A DNA stretch of 64,000 bases from NCBI GenBank assembly GCA_043228905.1, contig JBHGNT010000007.1:9858001-9922000 (forward strand), read 5' to 3'. This DNA is from Azolla caroliniana (lineage: Eukaryota; Plantae; Polypodiophyta). Positions 43,988-56,307 of this stretch are shown here, one piece after another. Below the pieces are notes generated by a model. It ran no database searches. It had not been told where the DNA came from and worked only from the letters and a program-made list of their open reading frames with translations. How positions within the stretch are numbered: the stretch's first letter is position 1; each line of letters starts with the position of its first letter. A program made the translations under genes and the position numbers.

Positions 43988-46900
43988 TGTCACGGATGAA
44001 CAGTTGGAAGATAGGGAGATGGGGAAGTTTATGACAATGAGAGAGAATATCTATTCCATGACTGGTGTTGATCCCCTTGATGTTAACAAGGGAGATCAAC
44101 CCTTTTTATCATGTAGTGATGCATGATAAGCATGCCCATGCCAAGCCTTACATACTAATATCAAGCATACTATACCTTTCATGCCAAGTCTTACATATTG
44201 AGTCTTACATACTCAGTCTTACATACCACTCTTTATACAAAGGTTTAAATTCCAAAGTTTGTCTAGGAGAAATATATATATATACAAGGACCTAAGGCTC
44301 AAATTCGAGTAAATGTTCATGACATTATCCTCCCCTTAAGCGCCGACTTCAAGAAGGTGTGGGTTTGTGAGGATATCGGAGATGAAAATCACGAACCACT
44401 TTCGGGGCATTGAGTAAATTTCTAGCAGGCTCCCATGTGGCCTCAGAGATGGGATATCCTTTCGAGAAGACCAGATATTGGGGCTTCCGTCAGCTCTTGT
44501 GCGCGAGTCTAGAATGGTCTCGATTTCGTACGCATCCCCGGTTGCCAAAGCCACCGGGGGGGGTGTTGGCTCAATGATTCTTCCTGGAATTGAGGATGGA
44601 TGATAGAGCTCAAGAAGTGATGCATGGAAGACATTCTGAATTAGGTAGTGTGATGGAACCGCAAGACGGAAAGCCACAGGGTTGACTTTGTCAATGATGC
44701 AGAACGGACCCAACTTTTTGTAATCAAGTTTGTTGCATGGGCGAGTTGTCAGAATATGCCGACGTAATAGCCATACCATGTCACCGACTTTAAAACCAGG
44801 TGTAGCCCACCGATGTCGATCAACCTTCTCTTTGTGTCATTCTTGAGCAATGGAGAGTTCTAGGGATAGGTCATGATGCACTTCTTTCATCAGACAAGCT
44901 CGTTCTTCAGCAGATGGATTCACAGAACCATCAGGGATACCTATGCTAAAGGGTGGGTGGTTTGCGAAGAAGGGTGTTACGCTAGTTGATGTGTGGAGAG
45001 TATTGTTGTAGGCGAACTCAGCAATTGGAAGAAATTTGATCCAATAGTCTTGTTGATAACTTATCATACATCAGAGATATTGCTCTAGGATCTGATTTAC
45101 TCATTCCATTTGTCCGTCTGTCTCAGGATGGAAGGTTGTCGAAAATTTTGTGGAAATTCCAAGAGTCTGGAAGAGGTGTTTCGAGAAATGAGACAAAAAT
45201 TGGGGACCACGATTAGAGATAATGTCATCTAGTAAACCGTAAAGGCACACAATATTCGTTAACAATAGATCTGTTGTTTCCATCCCTGAAATTGCTTTAG
45301 AACATGGAATAAAATGCGCCATCTTTGTGAACCTATCAACCACCACCAATACTAAATTGAATCCCTCAATGTTGGGAAGGTCGGTGATAAAATCCATCAA
45401 AATGGAGGCCCGTGGCCTATTTGGAATTGGCAGAGGTCGCAGTAGACCATAGGGACGATGATGTACTGCTTTGGCGCGAGCACATGTAACACATGTTTTC
45501 CTGAATTTTTTAACAAGTTTCCAAGGTTGTGACCACCAATAACTTCTAGAGATTAACTCCAAAGTTTTTGCAACGCCAAAATGTCCAACTAGGACTTCAT
45601 CATGGCATTCCTTCACGATACGGATACGAAAAGGACCATCTAGGATATACATTAAGTTGTTCCGGAAAAGAAAACCATCCCGAAACATAAATTGGTCATG
45701 AATATTCTGTACCTCCCTTATGGTTGAGTTGTTGACTCGATTCTCCTTAATCTCTTTTGCAAATTTGTCATTGGTAGTATTTGTGGCTATTGCATTGAGT
45801 AATGATTCATCCGTGCCCATATAAGTTGCAAAGAGTTGAATCTGATGTGGTTGTAGGAGACAACGTGATTTCGAATTCCGAACACCGAGATAGGGCATTG
45901 ACGTTACCATGTTGGGCACCAAGACAAAAAACAATTTCAAAGTCATAATCAGCCAAGAAGGTTGACCATCGCGCTTGCCTCTAGTTCAAAATGTGAGTAG
46001 TGGTGAAGTAGATGAGGTTCTTGTGATCGGTCACCACCTGGACACGGTGTTGGGCGCCCACCAAGTAAGGACACCGTTCTTCAAAGACGGCAATAATGGC
46101 AAAGAGTTATTTGTCGTAAATTGGGTAGTTGATCTCGGGGGATGTGAACTTCCAAGAATAAAAGGCAACAAGATGAAGGATCCCATTGTTATCTGATTGA
46201 GAGAGAATGTCACCGATGGCGAAGTCAGAAGCATCAGTTTCAATCGTAAATGGTTTGGTCAGATTTGGGTGTAGAAGTACCGAGCTGAGGTAAAAGCTTT
46301 CTTTACTGTATCAAATGCTAGTTGGGTTGTAGGAGTCCAGTAAAAAGGGGAATCCTTTCGAGTGAGTGCTATAAGTGGTTGCACAAATGTACAGAATCCT
46401 TGAACGAATTGACAATAAAAGTTGGAAAAACCCAAAAATGATTGCACATCCTTGACCCTGGTGGGTACTTCTCACTCTTGAACCGTCAAGACTTTTCTCT
46501 TGTCCATAGTGAGACTATCAGATGAAATGACATACCCGAGGAATTCAACTGAGGTTCGATCAAACTCACACTTCTCATATTTTGCTTAAAGTCCATGTTC
46601 CCAAAGTTTGGGTAGGATAAGTCAGACGTGCTTGGTGTGCTCTATGTAGTCCTATGTGAAGATACGTATGTCGTCGAGATAGATGACCACAAATTGGTCC
46701 AGATATTCTCGGAAGATATCATCCATCATATGTTGAAAAATGACAGGAGCGTTTGTGAGACCAAATGGCATTACCATGTATTCAAAATGCTCGTACCTGG
46801 TTCAAAATGCCGTTTTCCACTCATCTCCAGGCTTGATACGCACCAAGTTGTAGGCGCCTCTGAGATCGATTTTGTGGAATATACACCCAGTTCGAAGTTG

Positions 46901-47970
46901 GTTGAGGAGTTTGGGGATTAGAGGTAGTGGATAATGGTTTCGAATAGTGACTCGATTGAGCCCGCAATAGTTGATACATAAGCGTGACATTCCATCTTTC
47001 TTTTTGACAAATAATATAGGAGAGCCAGCTGGAGATTTTGAGTGGTGAATGAATCCCTTTGCGAGATTCTCTTCAATGTACATTTTGAGGGCCTTGAGTT
47101 CAAGTTCAGATAACCCATAGATAGGGCCAAAAGGAGGACAAACACCATCTTTCAAGTCAATTGGACAATCGTATGGGCGATGTTCAGGTAGGCGATCAAC
47201 ATTTTTCTTCTCAAATACAGCAAAGAAATCATTGTATTTTGATGGAAAAGAGCTAGTACATAGGGTGGTGTCTAGAGTGGGCATGACCACCATGTCTTTA
47301 GAATTAGAAATGGATGCAATCAACACTGTATCACTTACCCGAGCAAGAGTGGAAATTGTTTTCGAGGCCGAAGTGGGAATAACTATTGATGTTGTTTCTA
47401 TTGGAGTAACCGTTGACACGGTTCTCCTTGAAGAGGAAATGGGAGTTGCCTCCAAAACATGAGTGGAAGCGACTGTTGGCGCGGTGCTCACCGGAGTAGA
47501 AACGGGAATCAGAGCAACCGTTAATGTGGTCCTCACCGGAGTAGGCAACCAAACAAATAGCAGAGCATTAGCTCGAGGTGAAGTTGATGGAGCGAGATCG
47601 CCAATCCATGATTGGATTGTGAGTCTCAAGCCATGATAACTGTAAGATGATAGGATGTCAAGGTGATGTGATGAGGTTAAAAATGATTTCTTCCTAGTGG
47701 GCTCCTATGTGGAGACTCAAGGGAAGTGTTGTATCTGTGATTACACTATAAGATAACGTTCGACCGTCGATCACTTCAACTGGAATCAAGATAGTTATTT
47801 TGTTGCTTGGAATGTTGTGTGTCCGTGCAAACATGATGTCAATAAAGCACGACGTAACCCTAGAATCCAACAAAGATTTTGTCTTTAGAGTGGTAGAGCC
47901 AAACTGAAGAGTGATCGGAAGCGTGAAGCTTGTTGTCATGGAAGTCGGTTGATTGGGCCCTTGACACAAT
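43988..47970 (-). mobile_element. Chromoviral Ty3/gypsy pseudo-element: protease, RT, RNase H, integrase-chromodomain and 3' LTR (43988-44324)
   Basis: [37 protein letters not shown] and YEIETILDSR. PPT at ~44325-44340. Many frameshifts. Confidence 0.92.
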
Positions 47971-49293
47971 TGTCAACTCTTATTGTCCAGATGCACAACC
48001 CCTATTGTACTAGAAATTGGAGTTTTATAGTGTTCTTAGGAGTACTCCTGAAGTTTCTAGAATGTTCCAGAGAAATCTGGAATATACATCAATTTTCTAT
48101 AGTAAAACATAAATGAAAATTAAATCCTTCATATTACAATATATATTCTAATGGTTAAGACCTCGAATTATGTAACATAAGGTCATGGGTTCAAATTTTG
48201 CCATATCATGACACTATCCCCCCTTTAAAACGACGAGTGTTACGAGTCGTTTTGGATTGAGGACCCAATTTTTTTGGATATCGACGATGGAAGTCGTCAA
48301 GAAGAGCATGACCATTGGTCACATTCTCTATTGGTTCCCAAGTACACTCGCTAGGACTATATCCTAGCCAATCGACTAAATAGTAGAGCTTTTTGCGAAC
48401 AATCTTGGAATCGAGGATGGCGGAAACCTCATACTCAGGTCCATCTTCAAGCTCGATCGGGGGTGGAGGTGGTTTAATATGACCTGGGATAGTGTTGTCC
48501 TGATAGGGTCCTAGGAGCAAACTATGAAACACCGGATGTATCTGTAGTTGCGGAGGTAGATCGAGACGAAAAGCGACATCATTAATTTTTTCGATAATAC
48601 GGAAAGGACCTAATCGCCGATAATCCAACTTCTCGCATGAGCGAGTAGTCTTGATGTGTCGTCGTAGTAGCCATACCCGATCTCCAATGTAAAAACTGGA
48701 TGGAAGTTGATGAAGATCCCCGTAAGCCTTGTGAGTTTTTTGAGCTTGATGTAGATGAGTAGATAAATCTGCTTGTATCTTGCGTATCCACTCCAAACGA
48801 TCCTCTGCGCAAGGATTTGTGGGTAACTCTGGGGTTTCAAATACACACCACCGGGGGTGATAGCCCGTGTAAGCATAAAATGGTGTGACCTTTGTCGATG
48901 AGTGGATAGAGTTATTATACGCGAATTCGGCGAAGTGGAGAATATTCGCCCAGTCCTCTTGATGATAGCTTAGAAAGCACCAAAGATACTACTCCATTTG
49001 GCCGTCCGTTTGCGGGTGGTAGTCGGAGGATAGGTTACAAGTGACCTTGAGCATTTTGAAGAGGTACTTCTAGAATTTGAAGACGAACTGGGGTCCATGG
49101 TCGCGTCGTTGATGATATTATCGAGGAGGCCATGATGCCGACATACCTCACGCATGTTAGTTTCGCCGGTTTCTTCACTAGAGATTTCCGTAGTACATGG
49201 CTGGAAATCGACCATCTTTGTATATCGATCTACTATTGTCAAGATTGCATCGACTCCTGTTGGCCGGTCAGAAGAAGGCAAATGGGAAAGCAA
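47971..49293 (-). mobile_element. Second chromovirus fragment: integrase-chromodomain and 3' LTR (47971-48213)
   Basis: VDRYTKM, LGPFRI, HPVFH and the chromodomain YEVSAILDSK...YYLVDWLGY...TWEP. PPT AAAGGGGGGATAG followed by TGTCATG on the minus strand. Confidence 0.88.
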
Positions 49294-49294
49294 A

Positions 49295-52200
49295 GATGAA
49301 TCGGAGTCGAAGCGGATAAATAGATAAATAGAATTATTAGGAGGGACGGATCCGGTAGTTGTAACCGATCCGGATCCGAACCGATTCGGTTTCGGTTAAC
49401 GGTTGCCTAAGAGCACCGATTGTAATCTGGCCGGATGCCTATAAAAGGATCCGATGTTTTGTAATGAAGTTACGAAGAATTAATATAGTTTTGCTTATGC
49501 TTATTGATCTTGTCTTCGTCTGTGCTTAAGTGTAATTATCATACGCGTGTATTAACATCCTATCCCTACCACCCCTTTGGAGAAGTGTCGGATAGACACC
49601 TGTGTTGCGGCTAGTCCTGTCATACATACAACACTATTTTGGCGACCACGATTCCTGCAGAGTGCAGAGGACAACCGGGGGATGGATGTCTAGACAAAAT
49701 AACGACCACATCACCGAAAGAGGGAGACGCCACGCCGAACGGCAGCGACGACGGGAAGCCCTGCAGCAAGCCGTCGACGAGATCCGGCGCGATCGGTCAT
49801 TCTCCAAAACGCTTCGGCAAATCGCAGAAGAAGCACTGCAGTTCCAGGTTCTACAAGCTTCCGACGAAGGCAGTAGCATAACCAGCCTCCAAGAAGCGGA
49901 GACACTACTACAGACTCTCGCCGGCGGTGACGGGGACGCAGCGGCATTTGCAACATTAGAGGCGGATTCGGATAGCGGGGAAAGCGTGGGATCCCGTTAT
50001 AAAAGCAGCCACGAGAACAACCCCTTTGAGTCGGATTACTCAGCAACATCGGAGCCAGAGGAGGAAATAACTCTGGAGTTCGGTGACCGGCAATCGCCGA
50101 GGAGGGAGGAGCGGATACCAACACCACCCGCGGAGGAACCGCAGGAGCGGATACCAACACCACCTGTGGAGGAACCGCAGGAGCGGATACCGACTTCGGA
50201 GGAACCAGCGCAGGAGAATCAGTGGGACGACACGATGCCGTATCATTACCCAAAGTATCGGGATGAGCCCGACGGAGAGGCACATGTGTATGCATTCCTG
50301 CGAACATGGGAAGCCAACCACGTGTCCCAGAGACTGACGGAGCCCGAGGCCGACCGATCCAAAGTCGCCGAATTCGGCATGACATTAGAAGGACCGGCGG
50401 CCCGGTGGCACGCAAAGCACTTACCAGGCAGCTTCGCCACGTTCGAGGCATTGAAAACCCAGTTTTTATGCCTGTTTCATAGACGAGTGGAACAAAGGGA
50501 ATTGGTCGGACAATTCTACACCACCCGGCAGGGAGAAAACGAGACGGTCCCACAATTTATCATTCGTTTCCAGACCTTGCACAGTCAATTAGCAAGAGCA
50601 CCACCCGAAGAGGAGGCCAAAGCAGTCTTTTTGGCTGCGTTGAAAGAGCCACTTCGAGCGATGTGTGGAATCCTCGATTTCAGCACCAGCACAATGGACC
50701 AAGTCATTGATCGGGTCCTGGAAATGGACAAGACGAGCCCCTTCTTGCCGATGGGGGCGTTACACCAGGCGCTTCCGAAGGAGGAGGACCTCCAGTTCCG
50801 ACAAGCCCTACAATGCACAACATGCCTAAATTCGGGGCACTCGACCGTCGACTGCACCCTGCGTGCACAGTGCATGATATGCAATTCTCGCGCCCACACA
50901 ATGAACCGATGCGAGTATAACCTGTTAACTCGACAAGCGGCACCGGTCCGACACATAGAACCGCGCAATCGGGACCCGGAAGAGGATTGATTCCGGAGGG
51001 ACGACCGCTACCGACGAGAACGCGGCGACAGATACCCCGATAGAAGACGCGACAGCTATGACCGAGAGGAGAACTGCAGGGATAGCTACCCCCGGGACCG
51101 GTACGACCGAGACGAATCCCCGGAATACGAGCGACGCAGAGAAGAAAGGCGGCCAGGGAACCGGAATTTCCGACGGAACCAAAGGCGTGGATTCTTCCGT
51201 AGAGAGGAGCGTCGGGAGGCAGCAAGGAATGACAAACCAGTAGCGGCACCGGAGAACCGACAAACCGAGGACAACCGCCGGGGAATGCCCCTTCCCCAAA
51301 CAGGGGAAAAAGGAGAATCCAGCAACACGCACAGGGTGTACTGTTATTACTGCCGAAAAGAGGGGCATTACAGTAATCAATGCCCAAGCAAAACAACCGA
51401 CAAGCAGCCGGCAGTCAACATGGTGACAGCCGAAGTACAGCAGGTTACCACGCGGTCGAAGGGGAAGGCCGCCGAATGGGAAGCCCAGGAAGCAATCAGA
51501 AAACAAGCGGCACAATGGATCAAAGAAGCCAACGAACAAGGTGCGGCGGAAGTAAGAGACCAAAATATGCCAAAGGATGAGGAAATCGTACAGCCAGGAG
51601 AAAACCCGACATGGCAAGCATTACAAGATTGTCAGATCGTGCTGCCGTTGGCACGGTTACTGCAGTTGGTGCCGCGGTTTACAGCAGACTTACAAGCCGC
51701 CGTGAGCAAACCGACGCCGACGCCAGCACCGGCATTTTTCTCCAACCCGGAGGAAGGCCCAACGGTGGTCGATACCAGTAGCCCAGCAATCACGACAATC
51801 GTCAAAGGGAAGGAGATTCCAGGAACAATTATTGACGGAGGTTCCGGGGTGAACGTCATCAGTCGACAGACATGCGACGACCTAGGCATCCAGGAGTGGG
51901 AACCATGCCCCTTCTGGTTACGCATGGCGGATACAAGCTCAGTCCGACCAACCGGTCTTATCCGGGACTTGGAAGTAACGATAGGAGGCCACGTATTCCG
52001 GATATCGGCCGTGGTACTAGAGCTGAATGTACAAGGCGCATATCCCCTACTGTTAGGACGACCATGGCTGCGAACGACGCATATCAAGCAAAACTGGCAA
52101 AAGAATATGATCACGTTCCGACGAGGGAAAACAAAGGTACGGGTAGCCACGCAACCACGGGTGCTCACTAGCAAGGAGGCAACCCCTTTATATGCCGAAA

Positions 52201-52490
52201 GCATCAACATGTTGGAGGGCTTACCGGATGAGGACGTTGATCGGTACCTCGAGGAACACCCACAGATCGTCCCACTTTTTGAGGTGGATATCACGGCAGC
52301 AGTAGAGCCGTACATCACAATGCCGGACGAGCCGGACAAAGCGGCGATCCGGGAACTACGCCAAGCACAGGAAGCCCTAGAAAGAGAAATGACGATATCC
52401 CAAAGGGTGAAAGCATCCCAGCTGGAAGAGGTGGACCTCGGCACAACAGAACAACCCCGACCAGTAAAAGTCGCGAAGGAATTGCCAAAG
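49295..52490 (+). mobile_element. Tat-like Ty3/gypsy 5' half: LTR end (to 49633), PBS, gag and protease; truncated by the Sola-like element
   Basis: PBS TGGCGACCAC at 49640-49649, complementary to the plant tRNA-Arg(UCG) 3' end as I recall it. Retrotrans-gag motif GPAARW...QGENETV, CCHC knuckles and protease IIDGGSGVN...LLGRPWL. Sequence turns abruptly AT-rich at ~52491. Confidence 0.88.
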
Positions 52491-52850
52491 GAAACACGTT
52501 CGCGTTCACAAGTGGAAGGATCGCGCATAAATGGAAGGAGAAGGGAAATTTTAGGGGTTTTTCAATGATTTTACAAAACACATTGATACCAGTATCATAC
52601 AAGTTCAAACATACTATGAAAAAGGTTAAAAATCCACTATTTTCGTGATTTAGAAGTAACTAAAAAAAGACGAATTTCAAAAACATACATTCTCAATTTA
52701 TATCACAAACTTTACAACCAATGTTATTTTATAAGAAACGATTTTTGGGAAATCATAAGAATTCAAAACACATGATTTTATATTACTCGATTTGTTACAA
52801 GCGGAATGTAGTTACACTTAATAGCCAAATATACATTCATGATCACTCCT

Positions 52851-55631
52851 TTACGGAGAATCACTACTATAACTAATATACAATGACGATTCCTCCTCAT
52901 CATCCTCGGATGTACCAATCAGTGCATTATCTTCGTCATAAACCAAATGGTTTGACTCTAGATTATATGTAGCAGATCTCGTTTGCCTTCGACTCGAGCC
53001 ACCTTGTAGACCTGGTAATTTTTCTTTTATTATATCTATTGTTGACTTCCTTAATCGTCCGGCTTTTGTAAGTGTGAAGTCGTACACGATGATATCCACA
53101 TCAGAGATATCAAGGGTCGAGGTGTTACGAATGTTTCGCTTCCTCTTCCTACCTCCCCTTCTTGTTTGGCATTCAATCATCTCCAATGTATACTTACCTG
53201 TAAAAGCATTTGCACTTCTAGTGTTGTACCAATGAACATTTATAGACTTGATCGTGTTATCTATTTCATGCATTAGCACTTCTAGAATTTTACCAACCCA
53301 AAATTGGTGGCCATGTGAGTTCTCATCAGCCGGCGTTGCAATCAACATCCCCGCGGTGAGCTCTTGCAAATTTCCTTGCCATCTAGCTTCGGCTGCTTTG
53401 GTCATCCTTGGTCCCACATAAATGTCTCTTTGTTGTGGATGGACCAAGCTGTCATTAATCGCATTTACTAGTCGCTCCGGACTTCTATTTACGCGATCAT
53501 GTTGCAGCGACCATGTGAATGGCGTTTCCAAATTCCAATTATCAACAGATACACAATTGTCTATAATTTCTTTCTGATCACTATAAAATACATCCCACCA
53601 TGACGTGTCTTGTTGTGCGGCATATTTCTTGGCGGCCTCAATATGTTTTCTTTTTTCTTCTAAGGCTTGGAGCCATGACCGTTTTTGTTCTAATACCAAG
53701 TCGCTCTGCAACTGTCCTTTCTTCTCAATTGGCATTTGCTTAGCTCCATGGACAATTGTACTCGGCATACAAAGTAATAACTGGCAACCACCTTCAGGTT
53801 CCCATGTTGTAGAAGATGAATATTGTTTAGCATACAAAAGTGTAGAACCACTTATTCCATTTTTCTTTATCAAAAAAATGTGATTGAAACTTATATTGTT
53901 TAACTGAGCAAGCACTTTAACATTCCCACCACCCCCATCTAATATATATCTCTTAAAGTCATATACCTCCTTCAAGTGTAACACTTTTGGGCGTGGTGTA
54001 TATGCATCACAAATGACATCAAATAGTTTAGGTAAAGTGAAAGCATCATGCCGAGACAACTGTCTGGAGAATGTGCTAAACATCTGATCTATATGGTCAT
54101 GTGTGTGGCCAACCAAAAGGAAATTGACTTTCACTTTCCTAAACAATTCTAGGTTGACCAACATACTTAGATAGCCAAATACAGTTGAATTTTTGTTCTC
54201 TCTAGCAGTATTGTCCAATTGAATGTATAGAACAGGGGGGAAAGGTTGTCCCCAAGACATCAAAACTCGGTGAATCACTGTAACTGTTAGGTTAGGGTCA
54301 TTGTGAACATTGGGGTAAGTAATGAAGACGTGAGGTCGAACAGACCTATTATAAGCCAAGCATCCCACCAAGTGCATTTGAACAAGGCACTCATCATTGG
54401 CATCTTTGGGGAGCCTCCGCATATGCGGCAAGCATGTCTTCTTCTGGTCCATGCCATCTATCATTAAGCACATGTATTGTTCAGGCCTCTTCAAACACTT
54501 CTCTCTATGATGCATCGCCTTCCTTCGTTCTAAGGATTGTGCCTCACGATGCTCTTGTAGTAACTTCTTACTCGTATCCTTTTCCATTGATGTCTTTGCA
54601 CCTTTAGCCAAACTTTTAAGATTTGCACAAATGGAGCAATAACCCATACGTACTTTACGAGGAATAATAACATTTGAAAACCGAGCTCTCCATAATCTTG
54701 TGAATTGGCTATAGGTGATAGACTTATTACGTGAGCCCAGCATTTCAGATCGATAGACATCATAAACTTCTCGACGGGTATAATTATCAGAAAGATGCAT
54801 CCTACCTGTAGTGGGCATTACTTCACAATTTAACTGAAAGTAAGTTTTCATCCAGCCAATAGCTAGTCTTCCAATTGCACCTTTCATACTTGGAACCTCT
54901 TTACAATTGAGCATCTGATCCCCGCTAAGTAGACGTTGTTGTACTCTATGTAGCCGCATGTTACTAACACATAACACAATTTTGAATGCAACTCTACATA
55001 TCTGTTGCGCATGGAAGATATAATACTCGAATGATACTTTGATCCCCGTACATTTGTCAGATACTAGTTGCATATGTGATCCGAGGTAAGTGTCTTGCTC
55101 ATCACCGGTCATCGAAAAATAGTATCGCCTTAATTCTCGCAACTTTGATTTTCCAATCATAGACATACAACCACGGGCACAACATATTTTGTTGACATCA
55201 AATCCAATCTGTTTATCTGATGTCACCAAGCTAAATCTAGCCAGACGAATTCTTCGTGGGATTCTTCTAATATGCATAGGGCTCCCAGATTTCTCTTCCT
55301 GCATAGAGGTTGGTGTAACCTTGTTACAGTCTAATTCTCTGTTCTGACCATCGCCAATGTTATTCAATGTTTCCTGGGCACTTCCTTCATTCCCGGTATC
55401 TTTATTAATATCGTATTCTTCAATAGAGAACTCTTCACATGTGTCATTATTTGCATTCCCTGTAGATGAGCTCAGACAATATTCTTCGATAGAATATGGT
55501 GAGTCGGTCGAAAGACAATATTCTTCAATCGAATATGGTGACTCTGTTGATAAACAATACTCTTCAGTAGAAAACGATGGGTCTGATGACAAACAATATT
55601 CTTCAATCGAGAACGGTGAATCTTCACTCAT
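52851..55631 (-). CDS. Intact Sola-like DDD transposase, 926 aa
   Basis: CCARGC, CRVAF, CSIC...H zinc-binding motifs, and candidate catalytic motifs LMIDGMDQ, IQLDNTARENKN and FLLVGHTHDHIDQMFS. Single uninterrupted ORF. Confidence 0.8.
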   Translation of the reverse strand: MSEDSPFSIEEYCLSSDPSFSTEEYCLSTESPYSIEEYCLSTDSPYSIEEYCLSSSTGNANNDTCEEFSIEEYDINKDTGNEGSAQETLNNIGDGQNRELDCNKVTPTSMQEEKSGSPMHIRRIPRRIRLARFSLVTSDKQIGFDVNKICCARGCMSMIGKSKLRELRRYYFSMTGDEQDTYLGSHMQLVSDKCTGIKVSFEYYIFHAQQICRVAFKIVLCVSNMRLHRVQQRLLSGDQMLNCKEVPSMKGAIGRLAIGWMKTYFQLNCEVMPTTGRMHLSDNYTRREVYDVYRSEMLGSRNKSITYSQFTRLWRARFSNVIIPRKVRMGYCSICANLKSLAKGAKTSMEKDTSKKLLQEHREAQSLERRKAMHHREKCLKRPEQYMCLMIDGMDQKKTCLPHMRRLPKDANDECLVQMHLVGCLAYNRSVRPHVFITYPNVHNDPNLTVTVIHRVLMSWGQPFPPVLYIQLDNTARENKNSTVFGYLSMLVNLELFRKVKVNFLLVGHTHDHIDQMFSTFSRQLSRHDAFTLPKLFDVICDAYTPRPKVLHLKEVYDFKRYILDGGGGNVKVLAQLNNISFNHIFLIKKNGISGSTLLYAKQYSSSTTWEPEGGCQLLLCMPSTIVHGAKQMPIEKKGQLQSDLVLEQKRSWLQALEEKRKHIEAAKKYAAQQDTSWWDVFYSDQKEIIDNCVSVDNWNLETPFTWSLQHDRVNRSPERLVNAINDSLVHPQQRDIYVGPRMTKAAEARWQGNLQELTAGMLIATPADENSHGHQFWVGKILEVLMHEIDNTIKSINVHWYNTRSANAFTGKYTLEMIECQTRRGGRKRKRNIRNTSTLDISDVDIIVYDFTLTKAGRLRKSTIDIIKEKLPGLQGGSSRRQTRSATYNLESNHLVYDEDNALIGTSEDDEEESSLYISYSSDSP

Positions 55632-55639
55632 GGCTTAAG

Positions 55640-56307
55640 GTCTAGATAGGGCTCTCTAAGTTATACTCCTCTCTAACCATATACTCCTCCCTAAACATAA
55701 ACTTCTCTCTAAACAAAAGCCAAATCAATAGAATGTCTATATTATGTAATATTCTATTAAAATACAATACATCTAAAAATTATTTTTAATAAAGTAATTT
55801 AACTTAAATTATCAATCATTATATAAACTAGATCTAAATGATGTTAAATCAAGTAAAATATAAAACTAATCATTAACAAGCCTTGAATATGTTGGATTAA
55901 TGTTAAAATCATTGGCTAATTAATGACACCCATTTTGATATAGAACGTCTCACTCATTGATTCTTTAAGGCTCACCATTTTAATTATTAGACTTATCAAT
56001 CATTGGTTAATTCATGCCCACATCTTTAATACATAACTATTGAGAGTCATAAAAAATTTTGCTTTTAGTAATCAATCATTGGTACAAACTAACTATCCTC
56101 AAAGTTACCAACATTGGTTAAGATGACTATGGTTACTTTAACCATGAGTTCAATCCCTATAAATAGGAATACCTCATCATATTTCACTCACCAGAGCGTA
56201 CAGAGCGTACAGAGCACTCAGAGCACACAGAGCACACAGAGCACACAGAGCACTCAAGGCACAAAGCACGAAAGCGCGATCTCCGCCTCCACACAACACG
56301 ATCAACC
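55640..56307. promoter_or_regulatory. Putative bidirectional promoter region
   Basis: Lies between two divergent ATGs. It has four CATTGG (CCAAT-box) motifs at ~55910, 56001, 56077 and 56113, the TATA box CCTATAAATAGG at 56156-56167, and 9-bp ACAGAGCAC tandem repeats at 56191-56255. Confidence 0.55.

Noticed and set aside
49634-52528. Long antisense ORFs over gag/protease regions (also 61973..62977 and 27729..28499)
   Set aside because: Shadow frames of GC-rich retrotransposon coding sequence.
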